Below, one piece after another: positions 55,601-64,000 of a stretch of DNA of 64,000 bases (the stretch's first letter is position 1; every line of letters begins with the position of its first letter). The notes below the pieces were generated by a model. The model had not been told where the DNA came from and ran no database searches. It saw only the letters and a program-made list of their open reading frames with translations. The translations under genes and the position numbers were made by a program. This DNA is from Auanema rhodensis. Its lineage: Eukaryota > Animalia > Nematoda. The stretch spans positions 10,354,001-10,418,000 of the forward strand of contig OZ059895.1 in assembly GCA_964057225.1 (NCBI GenBank), given 5' to 3'.

Positions 55601-57966
55601 ACAAAACTTGTTTTACTTTCTTAATCAACTAATTCTCAGTTGAATGAGATGTAGCACGTACTTCTAGGACAAGAAATAAAATTTTTAGAATATTTATTTT
55701 TTCATAAAAATCAAACGAAATAGCAAGTTGAACCGGCCGCAAAACATGATTACTACGGATATATGCTTACAAAACCAAATTTGTATTATAAAACTGTCGA
55801 TTTTCAGTTGACTAAGATGATGCACGTATTTCTAGGGCTGAAAATAAACATTTTAAAACTTTTAATTTTTCATAAAAATTGAACAAAATAGCAACTTGAG
55901 CCCGCCGGAAAATATGATTAATATATTTCTAAGCTAACAAAATTTGTTTAACTTTTTTAATCAACTAATTTTCAGTTGGATGAGATGTAGCACGTACTTC
56001 TAGGACAAGAAATAAAATTTTTAGGATATTTAATTTTTCATAAAAATCAAACGAAATAGCAAGTTGAACCTGCCGCAAAACATGATTACTATGGATATAT
56101 GCTTACAAAACCAAAATTATATTATCACATTGTCGATTTTCAGTTGAATAAGATGATGCACGTATTTCTAGGGCTAAAAATAAACATTTTAAAATTTTTA
56201 ATTTTTCATAAAAATCGAACAAAATAGCAACTTGAGCCCGCCGGAAAATATGATTAATATGTTTCTGTGCTAACAAAATTTGTTTTATCTTTTTAGACAA
56301 CTAGTTCTTAGTCGAATGAGATGTAGCACGTACTTCTAGGACAAGAAATAAAATTTTTAGGATATTTAATTTTTCATAAAAATCAAACGAAATAGCAAGT
56401 TCAGCCCGCCGCAAAACATGATTACTATGGATATATGCTTACAAAACCTAATTTATATTGTCAAATAGTAAATTTTGAGTTGAATGAGATGTTGCACGTA
56501 TTTCTAAGGCTAAAAATAAGCATTTAAAAAATTTTAATTTTTCATAAAAATCGAACAAAATAGCAATTTGAGCCCGCCGGAAAATATGATTAATATGGTT
56601 CTGTGCTAACAAAGTTTGTTATACCTTTTCAATCAACTAATTCTTAGTTAAATGAGATGTAGCACGTACTTCTAGGACAGGAAATAAAATTTTTAGAATA
56701 TTTAATTTTTCATAAAAATCAAACGAAATAGCAAGTTCAGCCCGCCGCAAAACATGATTACTATGGATATATGCTTACAAAACCTAATTCATTTTGTCAA
56801 ATAGTAAATTTTGAGTTGAATGAGATGTAGCACGTACTTCTAGGACAGGAAATAAAATTTGTAGAATATTTAATTTTTCATAAAAATCAAACGAAATATC
56901 AAGTTGAACCCACCGCAAAACATGATTACTATGGATATATGCTTACAAAACCTAATTTATATTATGAAATAGTTAATTTTGAGTTGAATGAGATGTTGCA
57001 TGTATTTCTAGGGCTAAAAATAAACATTTTAAAATTTTTAATTTTTCATAAAAATCGAACAAAATAGCAACTTGAGCCCGCCGGAAAATATGATTAATAT
57101 GGTTCTGTGCTAACAAAATTTGTTATAGCTTTTCAATCAACTAATTCTTAGTTAAATGAGATGTAGCACGTACTTCTAGGACAGGAAATAAAATTTGTAG
57201 AATATTTAATTTTTCATAAAAATCAAACGAAATATCAAGTTGAACCCACCGCAAAACATGATTACTATGGATATATGCTTACAAAACCTAATTTATATTA
57301 TCAAATAGTTAATTTTGAGTTGAATGAGATGTTGCATGTATTTCTAGGGCTAAAAATAAACATTTTAAAATTTTTAATTTTTCATAAAAATCGAACAAAA
57401 TAGCAACTTGAGCCCGCCGGAAAATATGATTAATATGGTTCTGTGCTAACCAAATTTGTTTTGCCTTTTCAATCATTCCATTCTTAGTTTTTCTTAAATA
57501 ATAAGATGTTGTACGTATTTCTAGAGCTAAAAACAAATATTTTAAAAATTTTAATTTTTCATAAAAATCGAACAAAATAGCAACTTGAGCCCGCCGGAAT
57601 ATATGATTAATATGGTTCTGTGCTAACAAAATTGTTATACCTTTTCAGTCAACTAATTCTTAGTTAAATGAGATGTAGCACGTACTTCTAGGACAAGAAA
57701 TAAAATTTGTAGAATATTTAATTTTTCATAAAAATCAAACGAAATAGCAAGTTGAACCTGCCGCAAAACATGATTACTATGGATATAGGCTTACAAAACC
57801 TAATTTATCATATCAAACAATGGATTTTGAGTTGAATAAGATGATGCACGTATTTCTAGGGCTAAAAATAAACATTTTAAAATTTTTAATTTTTCATAAA
57901 AATCGAACAAAATAGCAACTTGAACCCGCCGGAAAATATGATTACTATGGATATATGCTTACAAAA
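49621..57966 (+). repeat. 168/336-bp satellite array (mostly a duplicate of 40.85-47.1 kb)
   Basis: Same monomers; rare variants recur at an offset of 10,857-10,858 bp. Confidence 0.97.
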
Positions 57967-58954
57967 GTCTCTCACTTCCCTAAACAACCGCTTTGTCAAC
58001 GAATAGGATGAATCTTCATCTGTCATTTGCGGATACAGCAGTTTATGCAGCCTTTCGATCTCCGAGCAGAAGTGTTCGACTCCGCCCGGCCCCTCTTTCA
58101 TTTTTAATGCCTCAAATTATTCCCCTGCCTTCCATAACCCTACACCTTCGTGCCCTTTTATTGCCTTTTTCAGGTAAACTAGCTTACTTCCAAAAGTGCT
58201 TTCAGGAGCCGATCGGAACACCGACAACGGTTTGCCTTCGAGCGAGGCTTCGAAAAGAATGCAGCGTTCCTCTTCACTAAACGCATTGAGTGGGTACTTC
58301 ATTTTAAAAATTGCTATGTGCTTAGCCAGTACCTGTGAGTCCGCTGGACTCTCTCCCCTAAATTTTGCTAGATCCGGTAAGGCGTTAGCCATTAACGCTT
58401 GCACTTCCAGCGTCACAGACGCCTTCTCCATAGACTCTTCCAGCTGAGCCATAAGGCTTGTGAACAGCTGATTTTTCCCTCCGCTCTAGCGCTACCCGAT
58501 GCGTTTCCTCGTGGAGTTGCGCATTTTCATCTGAAAGCGTGGCTACTCGGCTCTCGAGTCGCTCCATCTGTGCCGTTGCCTCCTGCAACATGCGCACGGA
58601 CTGCGTCTTCTCAGCCCGCAGCTTACTCACAAGCTGCTGAAGTCCCTCGCTCCCTTCTATATTCCACTCTCTGAAAAGTTGCAGGACATCCCTTGTCCAC
58701 TGTTCCGCTTCCCTTAAGGCGCTGGCCATATGCAGCTCGCATATGCGCCCTACTATTTCACTTTCTAGCGCAGTCAAGACATCACCTACTGTTAAGTAAG
58801 CTCTATCAAAAAATTTCGCCTTAAGCGTCTCCTTTACTGACTGCGTCTTCACCGACTCGCAGCAATTGTCTCTCCATACTGCAAGTTCTCTCCTAGCACT
58901 GTCAACTGTTTGGGCCAAGAGGTGTTCAATAGCCTCACGGAAATGGCAAAGCAT
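57967..58954 (-). pseudogene. gag: Disrupted gag, copy 3
   Basis: ORFs 58954-58385, 58452-58117 and 58101-57967; same frameshift and stop as copy 1; one E>A difference (KKAIKG). Confidence 0.78.
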
Positions 58955-59066
58955 GTTTTATTAGGTTATTTTGAGCGCAGCAAAAAAGAGGTATGTAATA
59001 ACGACAACTACTTCTATATGGTACTTAGATTTTTGTTGAAAGTTGGTTCGACTCCATGCGAAAGCG

Positions 59067-59407
59067 TAACGACTATCAAAAGGTTCTCAAGTCCAAAAAT
59101 ACAAAAGAGTCTTTACTAGAACGACAAACAATCAATAAAAACTAACAGAGATAAATATACTAACTATAACGATATAGCTACCAAAGCTAATGTCTATAGA
59201 AACACAACTCAAAAAATATAGAACGTACGAGCGAGTACAACAAGTATAGTTAACCACGAGTAACCATATCATCCGTTAAGTTTCACCATTATATCCCTTA
59301 CATAACTATTCCCTAACTATAGATCAAAAATAGATCTTAACTATAACTACAGAGTACATAGACTATAACTCAATGTGTGTTACAGTATGAATGATAACTA
59401 TGTGACA
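59067..59407 (-). repeat. Putative 5' LTR, copy 3
   Basis: Same sequence as 48210-48550. Confidence 0.62.
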
Positions 59408-60850
59408 TTAGAATATTTAATTTTTCATAAAAATCAAACGAAATAGCAAGTTGAGCCCGCCGGAAAACATGATTACTATGGATATATGCTTACAAAATTT
59501 GTTTTAAATTTTTCAATCAACCCATTCTTAGTTAAATCAGATGTAGCACGTACTTCTAGGACAAAAAATAAAATTTTTTGAATATTTAATTTTTCATAAA
59601 AATCAAACGAAATAGCAAGTTCAGCCCGCCGCAAAACATGATTACTATGGATATATGCTTACAAAACCTAATTCATTTTGTCAAATAGTAAATTTTGAGT
59701 TGAATGAGATGTAGCACGTACTTCTAGGACAGGAAATAAAATTTGTAGAATATTTAATTTTTCATAAAAATCAAACGAAATATCAAGTTGAACCCACCGC
59801 AAAACATGATTACTATGGATATATGCTTACAAAACCTAATTTATATTATGAAATAGTTAATTTTGAGTTGAATGAGATGTTGCATGTATTTCTAGGGCTA
59901 AAAATAAACATTTTAAAATTTTTAATTTTTCATAAAAATCGAACAAAATAGCAACTTGAGCCCGCCGGAAAATATGATTAATATGGTTCTGTGCTAACAA
60001 AATTTGTTATAGCTTTTCAATCAACTAATTCTTAGTTAAATGAGATGTAGCACGTACTTCTAGGACAGGAAATAAAATTTGTAGAATATTTAATTTTTCA
60101 TAAAAATCAAACGAAATATCAAGTTGAACCCACCGCAAAACATGATTACTATGGATATATGCTTACAAAACCTAATTTATATTATCAAATAGTTAATTTT
60201 GAGTTGAATGAGATGTTGCATGTATTTCTAGGGCTAAAAATAAACATTTTAAAATTTTTAATTTTTCATAAAAATCGAACAAAATAGCAACTTGAGCCCG
60301 CCGGAAAATATGATTAATATGGTTCTGTGCTAACCAAATTTGTTTTGCCTTTTCAATCATTCCATTCTTAGTTTTTCTTAAATAATAAGATGTTGTACGT
60401 ATTTCTAGAGCTAAAAACAAATATTTTAAAATTTTTAATTTTTCATAAAAATCGAACAAAATAGCAACTTGAGCCCGCCGGAATATATGATTAATATGGT
60501 TCTGTGCTAACAAAATTGTTATACCTTTTCAGTCAACTAATTCTTAGTTAAATGAGATGTAGCACGTACTTCTAGGACAAGAAATAAAATTTGTAGAATA
60601 TTTAATTTTTCATAAAAATCAAACGAAATAGCAAGTTGAACCTGCCGCAAAACATGATTACTATGGATATAGGCTTACAAAACCTAATTTATCATATCAA
60701 ACAATGGATTTTGAGTTGAATAAGATGATGCACGTATTTCTAGGGCTAAAAATAAACATTTTAAAATTTTTAATTTTTCATAAAAATCGAACAAAATAGC
60801 AACTTGAACCCGCCGGAAAATATGATTACTATGGATATATGCTTACAAAA
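59408..60850 (+). repeat. Satellite spacer (1,443 bp) between copies 3 and 4
   Basis: A/B monomers including the +9-bp D variant at about 60355. Confidence 0.96.
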
Positions 60851-61838
60851 GTCTCTCACTTCCCTAAACAACCGCTTTGTCAACGAATAGGATGAATCTT
60901 CATCTGTCATTTGCGGATACAGCAGTTTATGCAGCCTTTCGATCTCCGAGCAGAAGTGTTCGACTCCGCCCGGCCCCTCTTTCATTTTTAATGCCTCAAA
61001 TTATTCCCCTGCCTTCCATAACCCTACACCTTCGTGCCCTTTTATTGCCTTTTTCAGGTAAACTAGCTTACTTCCAAAAGTGCTTTCAGGAGCCGATCGG
61101 AACACCGACAACGGTTTGCCTTCGAGCGAGGCTTCGAAAAGAATGCAGCGTTCCTCTTCACTAAACGCATTGAGTGGGTACTTCATTTTAAAAATTGCTA
61201 TGTGCTTAGCCAGTACCTGTGAGTCCGCTGGACTCTCTCCCCTAAATTTTGCTAGATCCGGTAAGGCGTTAGCCATTAACGCTTGCACTTCCAGCGTCAC
61301 AGACGCCTTCTCCATAGACTCTTCCAGCTGAGCCATAAGGCTTGTGAACAGCTGATTTTTCCCTCCGCTCTAGCGCTACCCGATGCGTTTCCTCGTGGAG
61401 TTGCGCATTTTCATCTGAAAGCGTGGCTACTCGGCTCTCGAGTCGCTCCATCTGTGCCGTTGCCTCCTGCAACATGCGCACGGACTGCGTCTTCTCAGCC
61501 CGCAGCTTACTCACAAGCTGCTGAAGTCCCTCGCTCCCTTCTATATTCCACTCTCTGAAAAGTTGCAGGACATCCCTTGTCCACTGTTCCGCTTCCCTTA
61601 AGGCGCTGGCCATATGCAGCTCGCATATGCGCCCTACTATTTCACTTTCTAGCGCAGTCAAGACATCACCTACTGTTAAGTAAGCTCTATCAAAAAATTT
61701 CGCCTTAAGCGTCTCCTTTACTGACTGCGTCTTCACCGACTCGCAGCAATTGTCTCTCCATACTGCAAGTTCTCTCCTAGCACTGTCAACTGTTTGGGCC
61801 AAGAGGTGTTCAATAGCCTCACGGAAATGGCAAAGCAT
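60851..61838 (-). pseudogene. gag: Disrupted gag, copy 4
   Basis: ORFs 61838-61269, 61336-61001 and 60985-60851, identical in translation to copy 3. Confidence 0.78.
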
Positions 61839-61950
61839 GTTTTATTAGGTTATTTTGAGCGCAGCAAAAAAGAGGTATGTAATAACGACAACTACTTCTA
61901 TATGGTACTTAGATTTTTGTTGAAAGTTGGTTCGACTCCATGCGAAAGCG

Positions 61951-62291
61951 TAACGACTATCAAAAGGTTCTCAAGTCCAAAAATACAAAAGAGTCTTTAC
62001 TAGAACGACAAACAATCAATAAAAACGAACAGAGATAAATATACTAACTATAACGATATAGCTACCAAAGCTAATGTCTATAGAAACACAACTCAAAAAA
62101 TATAGAACGTACGAGCGAGTACAACAAGTATAGTTAACCACGAGTAACCATATCATCCGTTAAGTTTCACCATTATATCCCTTACATAACTATTCCCTAA
62201 CTATAGATCAAAAATAGATCTTAACTATAACTACAGAGTACATAGACTATAACTCAATGTGTGTTACAGTATGAATGATAACTATGTGACA
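61951..62291 (-). repeat. Putative 5' LTR, copy 4
   Basis: Same as the other copies except at 62027. Confidence 0.62.
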
Positions 62292-62707
62292 TTAGAATAT
62301 TTAATTTTTCATAAAAATCAAACGAAATAGCAAGTTGAGCCCGCCGGAAAACATGATTACTATGGATATATGCTTACAAAATTTGTTTTAAATTTTTCAA
62401 TCAACCCATTCTTAGTTAAATCAGATGTAGCACGTACTTCTAGGACAAAAAATAAAATTTTTTGAATATTTAATTTTTCATAAAAATCGAACAAAATAGC
62501 AACTTCAGCCCGCCGGAAAATATGATTAATATGTTTCTGTGCTGACAAAATTTGTTTTACCTTTTTAATCAACTAATTCTTAGTTGAATCAGATGTAGCA
62601 CGTACTTCTAGGACGAAAAATAAAACTTTTAGAATATTTAATTTTTCATAAAAATCAAACGAAATAGCAAATTGAACCCACCGCAAAACATGATTACTAT
62701 GGATATA
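62292..62707 (+). repeat. Terminal, more diverged satellite monomers of the forward array
   Basis: About 2.5 monomers with mixed A/B characters, ending ...TGATTACTATGGATATA|. Confidence 0.95.
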
Positions 62708-63130
62708 ATAAAAATTTTGGACTTAAAACGTGGAGAAAACCTATTGAAGTTGGAGAATAAAGTTCAAAACAGTTAAATGAAGTAGATTAAACTCGAATAA
62801 TTGTGAAAAACATATTTATATTTTTTTAATGATTGTATTGTTTTAAGGTGTAGAAAGCAGAATGTAAATGGTCGAGCTGCAGAATTAGCTGAACAGTATG
62901 AGAAGATGATACAGGAGGAAGTGGCAGTAGTGAACTCTACTTCAACTACAGCTCAAGAAGCTTCAGTCCAGGAACAAGAGGAAGTGCAGTATCCCCATCT
63001 CGTTATATTATCTTTCTTTTATTTATTTCTTTTTTGTTTAGAGCTCTGTTCGTTATGACTCCCGAATGAGCCAATGCCGTGGAATAAAGAAATTATGGTT
63101 TTCCTTCCGGAAGCATCCGCTCATCCTTAC
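62708..63130 (+). pseudogene. Unique 423-bp insert resembling a spliced gene fragment of unknown product (exon 62848-62988, intron 62989-63041)
   Basis: TTTTAAG acceptor; a stop-free 141-nt exon (CRKQNVNGRAAELAEQYEKMIQEEVAVVNSTSTTAQEASVQEQEEV); a 53-nt T-rich GT...TTTAG intron; further GC-richer exon-like sequence; cut off by satellite on both sides. Confidence 0.5.
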
Positions 63131-63216
63131 TTCTGTGCTAACAAAATTTGTTTTACTTTTTTAATCAACTAATTCTCAGTTGAATAAGATGTAGCACGTA
63201 CTTCTAGGACAAGAAA
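63131..63216 (+). repeat. Half satellite monomer, forward orientation
   Basis: TTCTGTGCTAACAAAATTTG...GCACGTACTTCTAGGACAAGAAA. Confidence 0.92.
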
Positions 63217-64000
63217 GTTTATTTTTAGCCCTAGAAATACGTGCAAGATCTCATGCAACTTAAAATTAACTGTTTAATAATATAAATTAAGTTTTGTGAG
63301 CATATATCTATAGTATTCATGTTTCGCGGCAGGCTCAACTTGCTATTTCCTTTGATTTTTATAAAAAATAAAATATTCTAAAAATTTTGTTTTTTGTCCT
63401 AGAAGTATGCGCTACATTTCATTTAACTAAGCATTAGTTGATTGATAAGATAAATAAATTTTGTTAGCACAGAAACATATTAATCATATTTTACGGCGGG
63501 CTGAAGTTTCTATTTTATTCGATTATTAAGAAAAATGAAATTTTTTAAAATGTTTATTTCTAGCCCTAGAAATACGTGCAACATCTTACTCACCTCAAAA
63601 TCAACTGTTTGATAATATAAATTAGGTTTTGTGAGCATATACCCATAGTTATCATGTTTTGCGGCGTGCTCAAGTTGCTATTTTGTTCGATTTTTATGAA
63701 AAATTAAATATTTTGAAATGTTTATTTTTCGCCCTAGAAATACGTGCAACATCTTATTATCTAAGAAAACTTGAAAATTAAATGATTGAAAGAGTAAACA
63801 AGATTTTGTTAGCACAGAAACATATTAATCATATTTTAAGGCGGGCTCAAGTTGCTATTTTGTTCAATTTTCATGAAAAAATAAAAATTTTAAAATGTTT
63901 ATTTCTAGCCCTAGAAATACGTGCAACATCTTACTCAACTCAAAATCAACTGTTTGATAATATAAATTAGGTTTTGTGAGCATATATCCATAGTAATCAT
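63217..64000 (-). repeat. Inverted, diverged block of the same satellite; continues beyond the right edge
   Basis: GTTTATTTTTAGCCCTAGAAATACGTGC is the reverse complement of the B monomer; the satellite ORF now appears on the plus strand (63782-63970); many private substitutions. Confidence 0.95.

Larger units (their letters stand above)
57967..59407 (-). mobile_element. LTR retrotransposon remnant, copy 3 (1,441 bp)
   Basis: Same sequence and both junctions as copy 1, at an offset of 10,857 bp. Confidence 0.9.
40845..60720 (+). repeat. Large tandem segmental duplication: about 40,845-50,930 vs about 51,700-60,720
   Basis: Shared rare variants: CTGAAAAAAAAAGT (40951/51809), GATTACTACGG (~44891/55748), TTCTAAGCTAAC (~45070/55927), and element copies 1/3. 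The offset is 10,857-8 bp before copy 2 and 9,787 bp after it (ORFs 50406/60193). Confidence 0.9.
60851..62291 (-). mobile_element. LTR retrotransposon remnant, copy 4 (1,441 bp; probably the original insertion site)
   Basis: Same sequence and junctions as copy 3 at an offset of 2,884 bp; private T>G at 62027; the right flank continues into non-duplicated, more diverged satellite. Confidence 0.9.
56700..62468 (+). repeat. 2,884-bp composite tandem repeat (satellite + retroelement remnant), two units
   Basis: AATTCATTTTGTCAAAT at 56786/59670; ORFs 57309/60193; element starts 57967/60851. Confidence 0.92.

Noticed and set aside
47136-62003. Plus-strand ORFs inside the element (95, 83, 91, 69 and 74 aa)
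   Set aside because: Antisense shadows of the gag frame with no recognisable motifs.
47110-62291. Four independent, satellite-targeted retrotransposon insertions
   Set aside because: Identical junctions, shared lesions and co-duplicated flanking variants show one insertion copied by tandem duplication. Targeting cannot be inferred from a single event.
356-63970. Repeated 62-106 aa ORFs (MIKKVKQVLLA..., MLAQNHINHIF...)
   Set aside because: They are translations of the satellite. The monomer length is divisible by 3, ORF presence depends on single SNPs, most starts are non-ATG, and they flip strand with the inversion.

Overview
Eukaryotic heterochromatin-type window with no intact gene, probably from a nematode (inferred from the Cer-like gag and a 53-nt intron). 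About 90% is one AT-rich satellite with a 168-bp monomer. Monomers alternate in a 336-bp dimer (A with B, or A with a diverged B-derived type C), and nested higher-order repeats of about 1.7, 2.0, 2.7, 3.0 and 5.0 kb are built on top. The array is layered: a homogeneous core (about 5-40.8 kb) lies between two flanks that share the same variant monomers. Near the right edge sits a 1,441-bp remnant of a Ty3/gypsy-like LTR retrotransposon on the minus strand: a ~340-bp 5' LTR starting TGTCACA, a tRNA-like PBS candidate, and a gag broken by one frameshift and one stop and cut off by satellite. It was then copied passively with the satellite into four copies by 2,884-bp, ~9.8/10.86-kb and 1,070-bp duplications. 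The array ends in a 423-bp spliced gene-like fragment, followed by a fold-back junction into an older, inverted satellite block. All ~62-106 aa satellite ORFs are judged spurious. Coordinates were counted by eye and no searches were run.
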